This document shows positions 26,193 through 34,678 of a stretch of 64,000 nucleotides of DNA, in pieces (position 1 is the stretch's first letter; each line of letters opens with the position of its first letter). Both the position numbers and the translations under genes were made by a program. A model generated the notes under the pieces. The model saw only the letters and a list, made by a program, of their open reading frames with translations. It was not told the origin of the DNA and did not search any database. The stretch is from a virus: the IMG/VR virus record IMGVR_UViG_3300031922_000090, positions 1 to 64,000 of that record. One strand, given 5' to 3'.

Positions 26193-27128
26193 CTAACCTT
26201 GATCTTTGTAAACTTTCTGCCCCTGCTGGCGTCGAAATTCGGGGTGATCGCTACCCAGTTGCCTCCACTCCCCGAAGACTTCGCGGGCGGCTTCCTTGCG
26301 CCGCAAGGACAGCGTTGCAGCATAACCCTCCCCGGCAAGAATGCGGAGAGCGGCATCCTGAAAAATCTCTTCAGCGAGCGGTCCCGCGATTCCGGCCTGC
26401 TTGATGCGCTCCCGGAGGATGCCGGAATTTTTTTCAAGGTGCGCGGCCCCGCCCTGAAGGAAACCCTTACCGCAATCGAAGCAAAAACCCCGTCTTCCCC
26501 CGCCCTTCTTTACCCCGTCCGGCCTCCGTCCCGGCCCCCCGTTTTTGGTGTTCGTCCCGCCACACCGTCGGCAAACAAGCGCGAAATCAATCCGCTCCTT
26601 CTCTTTCTTTGGGTAAACCCAGGTTGAATTACAGTCCCTGCAACGGAACATCTGAGCTTTCCCGCGCGTGAAACCGGCGCGAATTATCCGGGTAGCCTCA
26701 GCGGGGCAGCGCGGACAGGCGTCCGGATACGGAATCCCCTCGTTTTTCCTCCAGCGTGGTGAAGCCGCTTCCCGCTCACGAAGAAAAATCTCCCGGCGAA
26801 CGTTACGGATTGCTGAGCGAAGAAGCGGGATTAGATCCTCCGTCACCCGAAGTTCCACAAACAAGTCTTGCTCCTCACGCCGGAGCACCTCAGTAGTACG
26901 GTCGGCGAAACGCTGGCGTGCGGCGCTTACCGTCGGCATCGGTTTCCGTGGAGCCGGAGGCTTCAGCGGGCGCTCTCCGTGCGGACGTAGAGCCCAAAGC
27001 GTCTTACGATGCGGGTTTTTCAGCGGGCGCTTCGGTTTCCTGGAGGTTAAGTTTGCTTCCCGGCGCGATGATGCGGCATATTTCTCCCGCATCTCCTGAC
27101 AGCGACGCTCGAAGGTTTCCCGGCGCAT
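26193..27128 (-). CDS. double Zn-ribbon, basic DNA-binding-like protein
   Basis: 311 aa. CPRCPAEATRIIRAGFTRGKAQMFRCRDCNSTW and CRRCGG...FCFDCGKGF. Very Arg/Lys-rich N-terminus. Confidence 0.5.
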   Translation of the reverse strand: MRRETFERRCQEMREKYAASSRREANLTSRKPKRPLKNPHRKTLWALRPHGERPLKPPAPRKPMPTVSAARQRFADRTTEVLRREEQDLFVELRVTEDLIPLLRSAIRNVRREIFLREREAASPRWRKNEGIPYPDACPRCPAEATRIIRAGFTRGKAQMFRCRDCNSTWVYPKKEKERIDFALVCRRCGGTNTKNGGPGRRPDGVKKGGGRRGFCFDCGKGFLQGGAAHLEKNSGILRERIKQAGIAGPLAEEIFQDAALRILAGEGYAATLSLRRKEAAREVFGEWRQLGSDHPEFRRQQGQKVYKDQG

Positions 27129-27593
27129 TTACGAAAACCGATGCAAAGAAACCGAAACCAGAGCTTCCCGGAACATCTCAAAGATGCGCTCCCGTATATC
27201 GTCCGTAAGCCACCCCGAACCAACATAGGCGTCCATAAAATCGCCATCGACGATAACGCGCGCGATTCCTGCTTGTACAATGAGTTTCGTACATTCGAGA
27301 CAGGGAGTCAACGACGTGTACAGGACGCATCCCGCAACAGGCGTACCAACACGCGCGGCGGCAACAATCGCGTTCGCCTCCGCATGGACAACCCGTTTTT
27401 GCTTTTCTCCCGGATTCCACCTTTCGGGCGGAGTATCCGGGATGCGGCGCGGGAACCCATTGTACCCGGTTGCCCGGATTTCCCGGTGTTCCGGTCCGAC
27501 AATTATTGCGCCTACCTGAGTATGCGGATCCTTAGAACGGACTGCGATCTCACGCGCGAGGTGTAGAAAATAAGTGTCCCAGTCAGGAACCAT
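27129..27593 (-). CDS. dCMP deaminase (cytidine/deoxycytidylate deaminase family)
   Basis: HAEANAI...TPCLECTKLI zinc-binding motifs (H-A-E, P-C-x2-C), 154 aa. Confidence 0.85.
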   Translation of the reverse strand: MVPDWDTYFLHLAREIAVRSKDPHTQVGAIIVGPEHREIRATGYNGFPRRIPDTPPERWNPGEKQKRVVHAEANAIVAAARVGTPVAGCVLYTSLTPCLECTKLIVQAGIARVIVDGDFMDAYVGSGWLTDDIRERIFEMFREALVSVSLHRFS

Positions 27594-27605
27594 AATTAAG
27601 TCTCC

Positions 27606-27944
27606 TTAAGTTTTCGCCGGAGTTTTCCACAGCTTAAACAACCCGTTGACGTAAAGCTGAAGCGTAAATCCCCCGAACATGAGAGCGAGCCCGTTATCAA
27701 CGGGAAGCGCTTTCACTCCGGCCAGTGCGGCAGCGTGCGCAACAGTCTCAAGATTAGGGGCAGGGATATCATTCCGGAGTTTGCGATTCTCTAGCAATAG
27801 CCGGGTATTCTCCTCTTGCAGATCGTTACGGAATTTCCGGAGATACTCCAGTTCCGCGAAAGCGGCGTGAATGGCCTGAAAAATCTCGTTATCCTGCTCC
27901 GTCTGCATGAGCGTTTTTACACCAGCGATGCCCTTGTAAATCAT
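27606..27944 (-). CDS. hypothetical coiled-coil protein
   Basis: 112-aa ORF. CGTATAAC motif 9 nt upstream of the ATG. Confidence 0.45.
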   Translation of the reverse strand: MIYKGIAGVKTLMQTEQDNEIFQAIHAAFAELEYLRKFRNDLQEENTRLLLENRKLRNDIPAPNLETVAHAAALAGVKALPVDNGLALMFGGFTLQLYVNGLFKLWKTPAKT

Positions 27945-27953
27945 CTCTTCTAC

Positions 27954-27961
27954 GTTATACG
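27954..27961 (-). promoter_or_regulatory. CGTATAAC motif
   Basis: The minus strand reads ATCGTATAACGTAGAAGAG-ATG. Intergenic. Confidence 0.35.
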
Positions 27962-27969
27962 ATGCCCGG

Positions 27970-28533
27970 TCAGTAAAGCCGAACTTCCCAGATTAAAACG
28001 TTCCTGCCGACTGCCCACCCGACAGCCCGGCTATAAGCTGAAAATTCTACGACATGATCAGGATACAAGATGAGTAGCTCCTGAAGATCGTCATAGCTTG
28101 CAGGCGAACAGTAACGGCGCAAAAGAATCTCAGCGGTCAGTCCCCGGTACTCCCGCGCCTTCAGAAGAGCCTCCCGCATCCGGATCATTTTTCCGGAATC
28201 TTCCGGCTCCCGAATCGCGGCAAAAAGACGGAGCCCACCAACGTCTTCGAGAAGTTCACCCTGAAGAACAGCGTGCCTATCCGGCGCGGTCTCGTTTGCT
28301 ACCAAATCCGGTTTTCTGCCCGTGTTAAGGTAGCCAGTCCAAAACGGGATAGCGCGGCGAACGGGAAATTCCCAGATGCGGTCAGATCCACCAAGCCGAC
28401 TAACCCGGCGAAACATAAGGCGTCCGGTATAGTTTCCCGGAACATCTTCGGGCCTCGACCACGTCTGGAGCTTGTTCCCAAGCTTCCCGCGATTCCAAGC
28501 CTCGAAAAACGCCCGTTTATCCGGCAGCCTCAA
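27970..28533 (-). CDS. hypothetical protein
   Basis: 187-aa ORF ending ...VLIWEVRLY. No motif recognised. Confidence 0.45.
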   Translation of the reverse strand: MRLPDKRAFFEAWNRGKLGNKLQTWSRPEDVPGNYTGRLMFRRVSRLGGSDRIWEFPVRRAIPFWTGYLNTGRKPDLVANETAPDRHAVLQGELLEDVGGLRLFAAIREPEDSGKMIRMREALLKAREYRGLTAEILLRRYCSPASYDDLQELLILYPDHVVEFSAYSRAVGWAVGRNVLIWEVRLY

Positions 28534-29513
28534 TCTGGAAGGTCTCCTTCGGGCGGAAGTCCGGCGGAAATCGTAAGCTTGATCGAATCGGCAAGGGACG
28601 AGGCGTATTGCATAACAACATCTTCCGGAATTTCCTCTTCAGGCGGAGCGGAGGTTCCGTCAGGCAAATGTTTCCCGATCTCATAGACAAAAACCAAGTG
28701 CTGACGTTCCCCGGCTTCAACCGTCGCACTATCGGCTTGAACCCATCCCGGAAAGGCGAAATCATGGGAGACAACCCGTGCGCCCGGCTTCATCTCGCTG
28801 GAGAGCTTAGCGGCGATCTTCGCATTGGAGGCTGTCAGCAGGTAGACGAAGACGACATCGGCGTCGTCGATCTTCGCATCCTGAATCAACCCCTCTACAA
28901 CCTCGCCCCTTGCCGATAGCTCCATCGCTTTCAGCAACGCACGCGCAACACGGGCGCGGTCTTTGTTCATCTCGACGCCCCGGACGCGGGCACGGTAGCG
29001 GTCTCCGGCAACAGCGAGTACACGTCCGTCTCCGGCTCCCAGATCGACCAGCAGTTCCCCCGGATTCAGCTTCGCTTTCGCCAGCGCAACTTCGATTACC
29101 AGTTGATCCGTAGAAACAAACGGCGCGAGAGAATTCGGCTCGTCCTCATAGCCTCGAACCAAGTTCATCATGAGATGAAGCGCTTCCTGGAACTGGTGAA
29201 TGTAGATCCCCGCTCCGACTTCCTCCTCCGAAATCGGACCCTCCGGCGCGATACCGTTCTCAGGGTCTCCTTCAGCGGCGGTCTGCAATCCCGCCCACAG
29301 AAAAAGCCGGAGATCTGCTACCGACTTCGGGATGAACTCACCTTTCAGAAGATCGCGCCCCGTCCGCTCCTGAATTAAATCGATAGCGTTGAAGTCGAGT
29401 TGTAGCGTCCGGAGCTTCCCGCCGAGAAAAACCTTGAATCGCTTAGGGGCGGTATTACCGATGACAGGCTTTTTCCCGCCCGGCATTGTGACAACATTAC
29501 TCATCTCGATCAC
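28530..29513 (-). CDS. class I SAM-dependent methyltransferase fused to an N-terminal tail-assembly-chaperone (gpG)-like domain
   Basis: Motif I LLVDLGAGDGRVLAVA, later VVFVYLL and PGARVVSHDFAFPGW. The N-terminus KLRTLQLDFNAIDLIQERTGRDLL...VADLRLFLWAGL aligns with gpG 6439..6813 (IRMLRVNFNALIELEERTGRSVM...TADVRLMLWLSL). Confidence 0.65.
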   Translation of the reverse strand: MIEMSNVVTMPGGKKPVIGNTAPKRFKVFLGGKLRTLQLDFNAIDLIQERTGRDLLKGEFIPKSVADLRLFLWAGLQTAAEGDPENGIAPEGPISEEEVGAGIYIHQFQEALHLMMNLVRGYEDEPNSLAPFVSTDQLVIEVALAKAKLNPGELLVDLGAGDGRVLAVAGDRYRARVRGVEMNKDRARVARALLKAMELSARGEVVEGLIQDAKIDDADVVFVYLLTASNAKIAAKLSSEMKPGARVVSHDFAFPGWVQADSATVEAGERQHLVFVYEIGKHLPDGTSAPPEEEIPEDVVMQYASSLADSIKLTISAGLPPEGDLPD

Positions 29514-29692
29514 TGCAATTTCTCCGTTTCCGTAGCAAAAATTTCAAGAACCACGATCAACCCCCGTAGCCGGAGAATTATATCGGCGTCGGAGATTTCC
29601 GTGACCGTTTTTGCGCGTTGTTCTGTCAATTTGCGGAGCCTCCGCGCGGCATCCTGGAGGATCTCAACGGACTGTTGGGTTATATCTCGCAT
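29510..29692 (-). CDS. hypothetical small protein
   Basis: 60-aa ORF whose stop overlaps the next gene's ATG. No SD seen. Confidence 0.3.
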   Translation of the reverse strand: MRDITQQSVEILQDAARRLRKLTEQRAKTVTEISDADIILRLRGLIVVLEIFATETEKLQ

Positions 29693-29782
29693 TGGTAGGG
29701 TTCCCAGAGTAAAGCCGGAGATAGCTGGAGACCCTTGTCGATTCCGGCCACCCCCGGCCTCGTCAGAGCGGCTCTTGAGGCG

Positions 29783-30013
29783 TCAATCGCACCCTTCTCT
29801 GACAACGTTACCGGCAGGATGCTCAGTAGCAAGACTACGCACAACACGGAGATACTCTTGCGCGTCGGCACCTGCCGGAAGCTTAAAGCTGAAGGACAGA
29901 ATCAGATCCCCATACTTGGACATCTCCACGTGAAAGCCCACAAAGTCGCCAAACGTAAGGCTCCGTCCCTTAAGCCGTACAGCATTTTCGCGCTCGTAAG
30001 GGGGAACTGTCAT
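29783..30013 (-). CDS. hypothetical protein
   Basis: Start at MTVPPYE (ATG 30013, GAGGAG SD). The longer ORF overlaps the upstream gene. Confidence 0.4.
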   Translation of the reverse strand: MTVPPYERENAVRLKGRSLTFGDFVGFHVEMSKYGDLILSFSFKLPAGADAQEYLRVVRSLATEHPAGNVVREGCD

Positions 30014-30023
30014 ATGCGTCTCC

Positions 30024-30941
30024 TCATTGCCGCTGGTCAAAGCTACGCTGCAATTCGATCAAACGCTGCAAGATCTCCGAAACACGGCGCGGCATAGCGA
30101 TAACATCGGCTTGGGCGTGCGCCTCAGTGGTGTCCGTCCGCTCGACCATCGGCCCCGAAAAAGGAGTACCGATGATAAAGCGCTCGTTAAGGTACAAGGC
30201 GCGTTGCGGAATCGGGATCTCCGGGCGGAGATCCTGCTCGCCAGCGTCGGTCGGAACGTCGGGAATCCAACGCAAGTAGTGATCGCTGATAAGATCCCAC
30301 CTTCCGGGTGCGCCAACACCATGCACGTAACGTGCGCGAAGCAGAAGCCCAACACTCATGGATTCCCCACGAATGATAAAATTCCAGAACCGGCGTCGTT
30401 CGGTATCATCGAACCGGACGGCGAACGGACCACCAAGAACGGACTCATACGGTTCAGGAATCTCGCCGATACCTTCTACCCGTTGAAGTTCCGTCCTCAA
30501 CGCGAGAGCATCGCCATGATGCGAAAGCGCATCAGGCAACAGGTATCTCTTCTCTCCCGTTGCGATGCCGTTTTCGTCAAGAACAGGCTGCCATGCGCCC
30601 GAAGGAGCGGTAACATGCTTCGGCCAGCGGAAGACTCCGGGCAGGTTCGGAACAGCAGCTTCGGCGTTTGTGATCACGGTATGCGACAAAACAGGCAGCC
30701 CGTTAGCCCCCCGGACGTAGTGATAAACGTAGTACGGTTCCTTCGGTGGTAGAGTCCCGGCAGAGGAATCAAACCAGCGTTGAATCCGGCGAGTCTTGTC
30801 CCATGCCGGAGCCTGCTCACCGTAAAGCTGAAAGTAGGCGGCACGGGTCAGTCTGGGAAAAAGGCTGAGTTCCGTAAGCGGGTACTGTATCGTATCCGGT
30901 TGCGGTAGCACGGTCGGGATTGAATGGGGAACAGGTTTCAT
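30024..30941 (-). CDS. hypothetical protein
   Basis: 305-aa ORF with an AGGAGAG SD. CGTATAAC motif 16 nt upstream. Confidence 0.5.
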   Translation of the reverse strand: MKPVPHSIPTVLPQPDTIQYPLTELSLFPRLTRAAYFQLYGEQAPAWDKTRRIQRWFDSSAGTLPPKEPYYVYHYVRGANGLPVLSHTVITNAEAAVPNLPGVFRWPKHVTAPSGAWQPVLDENGIATGEKRYLLPDALSHHGDALALRTELQRVEGIGEIPEPYESVLGGPFAVRFDDTERRRFWNFIIRGESMSVGLLLRARYVHGVGAPGRWDLISDHYLRWIPDVPTDAGEQDLRPEIPIPQRALYLNERFIIGTPFSGPMVERTDTTEAHAQADVIAMPRRVSEILQRLIELQRSFDQRQ

Positions 30942-30957
30942 AGCTCTCCTACAATAA

Positions 30958-30965
30958 GTTATACG
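30958..30965 (-). promoter_or_regulatory. CGTATAAC motif
   Basis: The minus strand reads AGCGTATAACTTATTGTAGGAGAGCT-ATG and overlaps the stop of 30959..31399. Confidence 0.35.
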
Positions 30966-31399
30966 CTGATACCACGGTCGGCCAGCAGGCGGCGTGCAAT
31001 TTCTCGCTGGTCTGTCTTCGAGTCCATCACAGCGTTACGGACTACCTCGAAGCCGTGACGCAGCAACGAATCCGGACGGCGTGGGTTTGGCGCGTGGAAG
31101 TCGAGATCGATCTCCACGAAATACTCATACCCATCTTGCTCTTGCGGCGGAATCCGATGAATGCAAACCTGAAGAGCGGGGGCAGCGTGCGGCTCACGAT
31201 AAGCGGCGGCAACGCTCTCACCATGATGATGACGCGCGATAAAATCGCTGTCAACACGCCAGTCGTGTAGGACAACATGAGAGAGGAGCCTGCCTTCGGT
31301 GTCCCACCCGTAGACCCTATCTTCCTCCTCCCGTGTAATCACCACACCCCGCACCCCAAGCGTGCGGAGAACAGCCTCGATGTTAGCCTTAGCAGTCAT
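30959..31399 (-). CDS. hypothetical protein
   Basis: 146-aa ORF. Confidence 0.45.
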   Translation of the reverse strand: MTAKANIEAVLRTLGVRGVVITREEEDRVYGWDTEGRLLSHVVLHDWRVDSDFIARHHHGESVAAAYREPHAAPALQVCIHRIPPQEQDGYEYFVEIDLDFHAPNPRRPDSLLRHGFEVVRNAVMDSKTDQREIARRLLADRGISV

Positions 31400-31677
31400 T
31401 CCGGTTTCCTCTGATTCCTCTGGAATTCCAAGCGGAGATCTGGAATAACGGCTCCCTTGGGCACCTCCTCAAAATCGTCGCTTGCAATTTTGAGGCGGAT
31501 AACCTCCCACTCTGAATCGAAGGCTACGCCAGCAACTTTAGCGTCTGCTGGAAGCCCGTGTAGGGAAATCCAGTCATCCGGCGCGGTCGCGCTAACGAAA
31601 TTCTTCAGAAATTCGATAAAGGCGTCCGGACTAAGAGAAAGAACCCTAACCCGGCGAGAAGATGTTAGAGGCACCAT
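31396..31677 (-). CDS. hypothetical protein
   Basis: 93-aa ORF with a 4-nt overlap with the downstream gene. Confidence 0.4.
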   Translation of the reverse strand: MVPLTSSRRVRVLSLSPDAFIEFLKNFVSATAPDDWISLHGLPADAKVAGVAFDSEWEVIRLKIASDDFEEVPKGAVIPDLRLEFQRNQRKPE

Positions 31678-31684
31678 AAAAATT

Positions 31685-32095
31685 TTACCACTCCACTGTT
31701 CCGTTCCGGATACTGGCGATACCGAAGATACAGGCTATGGCGATGTCGGCAAGTTCCCGCTCAACGCATCCGAGATTATCCGCGCACACGGCAGCCACCA
31801 ATTCAGACCTCTCCTCCTCAACAGCCCCGAGAATCTCATGCCGGGAAGCAAAGGTTCCACGGCCTTTCTGATTAAGACGCCGCATCATGAGATTGTTCAA
31901 AATTTCGAAGGAGTCAGAGAGAGCTTTTTCCGTCACTGCTTTGCGCAAAGAAGACGGTAACTTATCGGTACTCCGCGATTCCCATATACCCTCAACAGCC
32001 CGAGCCTCATCCGAATTTATCGCACGCCAGCAGGAAGGGCACACTTCGCGCTCTGCATTAAACATCTGGTAACAGTAGATACAGGTTGTCATCAT
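31685..32095 (-). CDS. Zn-ribbon plus possible all-alpha NTP pyrophosphohydrolase (MazG-like) domain
   Basis: N-terminal CIYC...CPSC. C-terminal SRHEILGAVEEERSELVAAV...VERELADIAIACIF resembles small phage MazG-like NTP-PPases. By eye only. Confidence 0.35.
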   Translation of the reverse strand: MMTTCIYCYQMFNAEREVCPSCWRAINSDEARAVEGIWESRSTDKLPSSLRKAVTEKALSDSFEILNNLMMRRLNQKGRGTFASRHEILGAVEEERSELVAAVCADNLGCVERELADIAIACIFGIASIRNGTVEW

Positions 32096-32763
32096 GCTTT
32101 TCTCGCCCTCCGTTCCGCTTTGAAGACACCGAACGAGGTTGTCAGCACACGAGCTAGAGCAACAGTCATCCGGACATCGTTTAGCGCATCGTGGAGTTTT
32201 GCGTCCCCCGGCAAGGAGATCCCGAAAAACTTTGTGACGGCATCAAGCGTCAACCGCTTGGGACGGCGCAATTCAACCGGCGCGAGAGGATCTGCTACAG
32301 CTTTCGTCTCATGGAAGTAGAAATACCATTCGGCAAGCTGCTTAAGACACAGCGGGCGCGTATCAATCGGGATATAGATAGCTCGGCCAAATTTCCGAAG
32401 CGCGGTCATGGCGTCCATCAAAAAACCGATGTCAAAGTGCGCGTTGTAGGCAGCGCTCCGCGCGACGTAGTAAGGGTTCCCGGTTTTCTGAGACCATCTC
32501 CGGACGATATCCCCATCCTTTTTGACCCATGCGGCAAACCCGCCAAAGGCTTCCTCCGGAGGAAGCCCCTCCCGCTTCCATACTTCGCGGTCGTAGTGGT
32601 TCACAGCGAGAGCTTCCTGAGTTGCCTCCGACTCCTGAAACAGAAGTTTGACCTCGAAGGTATCGAGAATCTTCCACTCAACCGGCTTAACGCGGGCAGC
32701 GGCAAGTTGGATAATCGGCCTGCCCGGCTCAACCCCTCCGGTTTCCAGATCGAAAACAATCAT
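32092..32763 (-). CDS. DEDDh 3'-5' exonuclease (DnaQ/epsilon-like)
   Basis: Exo I MIVFDLETGG, Exo II AAYNAHFDIGFL, Exo III HDALNDVRMT. Confidence 0.8.
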   Translation of the reverse strand: MIVFDLETGGVEPGRPIIQLAAARVKPVEWKILDTFEVKLLFQESEATQEALAVNHYDREVWKREGLPPEEAFGGFAAWVKKDGDIVRRWSQKTGNPYYVARSAAYNAHFDIGFLMDAMTALRKFGRAIYIPIDTRPLCLKQLAEWYFYFHETKAVADPLAPVELRRPKRLTLDAVTKFFGISLPGDAKLHDALNDVRMTVALARVLTTSFGVFKAERRARKA

Positions 32764-33182
32764 GATTCCTGAAGCCTCCGTGCCTTGCGGTCGATTTTAG
32801 CCAGCAGTTCAAGCCTTGCGGCGTGGTTACGTTCCTTCTCCTCCCGCAATTTCTGAGCCTCGCATTGAAGATCGTTGAAATAAACCCAATCTTCGGCGAA
32901 CTCGGGAAGCTGGCGGACATTACCCGGGAGAGCGACATAGACATCGAGATCCCGGCCCGTCTTCGGGTTAACCCGAGGCTTCACGCGCTTCCGGATCCTT
33001 CCCTCGTCAATCAACATCTGGAGACACTTATCGGTAGAGTGAGAGACGATTCCGGTTTCCCGGACGATCTCAACCCGCGTCGCGCCGTGGTAGCCGATAT
33101 CGCGGATGAGACCGAACACCCGCTCCTTTTGGCTGTCCCGGAACGGAAGCCCCTTTTTCAGCGAAGCCCGGCGAGCATTCAT
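32760..33182 (-). CDS. winged-helix DNA-binding protein
   Basis: FGLIRDIGYHGATRVEIVRETGIVSHSTDKCLQMLIDEGRIRKRV is a MarR/wHTH-like layout. Confidence 0.45.
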   Translation of the reverse strand: MNARRASLKKGLPFRDSQKERVFGLIRDIGYHGATRVEIVRETGIVSHSTDKCLQMLIDEGRIRKRVKPRVNPKTGRDLDVYVALPGNVRQLPEFAEDWVYFNDLQCEAQKLREEKERNHAARLELLAKIDRKARRLQES

Positions 33183-33739
33183 GCTGCTACCTCATCGATC
33201 ATCCGGAGAAGCGTTGCATACTTGGCGCGATATTTCTTGATACTCAGGAAAAAATAGTACTTCGTCTTCCACGACTTCAATTCAGAGTGCGCACGCTCCA
33301 GCATGGAGTCGAGGTGCGCGTCGTTATTGATGTCGAACAGGGCAGTCCCGCGCTCGTTCGGATGCTTTGAGTTTGCAATCGGAGTTGTGAAAAACATCGG
33401 AATAGGCGTCCCGACCACCTTCCGGCCAGCGGACGTTACCTCGATGATCCGGCGTTCAAGCCCGGTACGAAGCTGCCCCGCGATGCCCCGGTAATAGCAG
33501 AAAGCGGCTTCCTTTTCACTGGGGAAAAATCGGGAGGAGTAGTACTGCGAACGATTATTGACGATTTCTTCGGCGATGATATCGGTCGTCAGATTCTCGT
33601 TCTCAAAATCACCAAACCCGTGCTTTTGGGCAATCCGGGCAAGGTCTTCCGCGATGTGCGGCGCGTCAACGTTGCTGAAATGGTAACCGGGACGCGCGAC
33701 AATCTCGACTTCGTGTTTGATCTTCGGCTTTGCAGGCAT
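33179..33739 (-). CDS. hypothetical protein
   Basis: Start at MPAKPKIK (ATG 33739, AGGAGA SD, CGTATAAC 15 nt upstream). 186 aa. Confidence 0.45.
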   Translation of the reverse strand: MPAKPKIKHEVEIVARPGYHFSNVDAPHIAEDLARIAQKHGFGDFENENLTTDIIAEEIVNNRSQYYSSRFFPSEKEAAFCYYRGIAGQLRTGLERRIIEVTSAGRKVVGTPIPMFFTTPIANSKHPNERGTALFDINNDAHLDSMLERAHSELKSWKTKYYFFLSIKKYRAKYATLLRMIDEVAA

Positions 33740-33754
33740 CGTATCTCCTACTTC

Positions 33755-33762
33755 GTTATACG
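33755..33762 (-). promoter_or_regulatory. CGTATAAC motif
   Basis: The minus strand reads GTCGTATAACGAAGTAGGAGATACG-ATG. Intergenic, preceded by an 8-bp-stem hairpin GGAGCGGG...CCCGCTCC. Confidence 0.35.
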
Positions 33763-33806
33763 ACACGGAGCGGGAGATCCCCGGAAGAATCCCCCGCTCC
33801 AGTGCC

Positions 33807-34412
33807 TCAGACGGCAACGTGTTGCACACTATCGACGCGAAAACGCCCGAACATCCCGCGTTTCTCAACGCGGAATGAACCGAGCCCGATTGAGAAACCG
33901 GCCTGCTGGAAGTGCTGAATCAATTCGTCCAGCGTGACGAACTCCGGCACGAAATCAACGACAAAGGACATCGACCACTGGTCAAAGCGCGGCCTTGGAA
34001 CGCCGATAGCCTGTCCTTTGGCATTGACGGCACAGCGCACGTCCCGCGTCGGCGGATTCGGCGCTTCGATCACGACGTACTCTTCCGGAAAAACCAGCGT
34101 TCCAGTCAGCTTCTTTCCCATGCCCTTCTTCGCCCCGAACGTGATCGCGGCAGAGATCAGGGCGCGGAACATACCAACAGTCGGGAAGAGGAAACGCTTA
34201 CCCTCCATCCGGACCTTCTCCTCCCATCTCACCAGCGCATCTTTCTTCGTTCCGAGTCCTTCCGCTTTCCGGTTCAAGGACTCGATGATTCGGGGCGGCA
34301 TGGCGTTACACAGCAAGGGAGAGATCCCCGCTATGGTGATACAGACGCGCCGTGAAACGATGGGGTCAATCGTAACCACATCTTTCTCGGCGTTGACGGC
34401 TTTCTTCGGCAT
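33807..34412 (-). CDS. hypothetical protein; possible RAMP-like/RNA-binding fold (unverified)
   Basis: Start at MPKKAVNAEK (ATG 34412, AAGAAAGG SD). Features RVCITIAGISPLLCN, FLFPTVGMFRALISAA and a C-terminal glycine-rich GLGSFRVEKRGMFGRFRV. It is the first gene after the tandem RNA cassettes. Confidence 0.5.
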   Translation of the reverse strand: MPKKAVNAEKDVVTIDPIVSRRVCITIAGISPLLCNAMPPRIIESLNRKAEGLGTKKDALVRWEEKVRMEGKRFLFPTVGMFRALISAAITFGAKKGMGKKLTGTLVFPEEYVVIEAPNPPTRDVRCAVNAKGQAIGVPRPRFDQWSMSFVVDFVPEFVTLDELIQHFQQAGFSIGLGSFRVEKRGMFGRFRVDSVQHVAV

Positions 34413-34516
34413 AAATCTACCTTTCTTGGGAATACTGCGGGAGCCCGGAGGCTCCCGCCATTGCGTTGATTTGCTGTGCAAAGCGACGCGGGGCGAAGCA
34501 TTACACTAACACCACC

Positions 34517-34545
34517 AGCATAGCTCATCTGGAGGAGGAAGTCAA
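34517..34545 (-). promoter_or_regulatory. cassette promoter P1 (TTGACT-N17-TATGCT), drives the leader and CDS 33807..34412
   Basis: The minus strand reads TTGACTTCCTCCTCCAGATGAGCTATGCT. The ~100-nt leader contains hairpin GCGGGAGCC-TCCG-GGCTCCCGC (34437-34458) with no U tract. Confidence 0.55.
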
Positions 34546-34548
34546 CAG

Positions 34549-34583
34549 AAAAAAATGATGCCGGAATCCCGAAGGATTCCGGC
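34549..34583 (-). terminator. intrinsic terminator T1
   Basis: GCCGGAATCC-TTCG-GGATTCCGGC 10-bp stem, then ATCATTTTTTT. Confidence 0.8.
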
Positions 34584-34640
34584 CATTGATTTACTTTACT
34601 CCACAAAGCAATACAGCGCGATACGAGGCATAATCTCAAC
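34549..34640 (-). ncRNA. predicted small RNA 3 (~92 nt), promoter P2 to terminator T1
   Basis: Approximate transcript GGUGGUGUUGAGAUUAUGCCUCGUAUCGCGCUGUAUUGCUUUGUGGAGUAAAGUAAAUCAAUG plus hairpin and U7. Only an 11-codon ATG ORF. Ends are inferred, not measured. Confidence 0.45.
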
Positions 34641-34646
34641 ACCACC

Positions 34647-34675
34647 AGCATAGCTCATCTGGAGGAGGAAGTCAA
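34647..34675 (-). promoter_or_regulatory. cassette promoter P2 (TTGACT-N17-TATGCT)
   Basis: Identical to P1 and lies within the 85-nt repeat. Confidence 0.55.
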
Positions 34676-34678
34676 CAG

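Noticed and set aside
25426-26437. N-terminal extensions of ORFs 25426..26124 and 25898..26437
   Set aside because: The extensions run through consensus promoters (25861-89, 26157-86). They are Ser/Arg/Pro-rich and contain the translated palindrome (NFLRK) twice.
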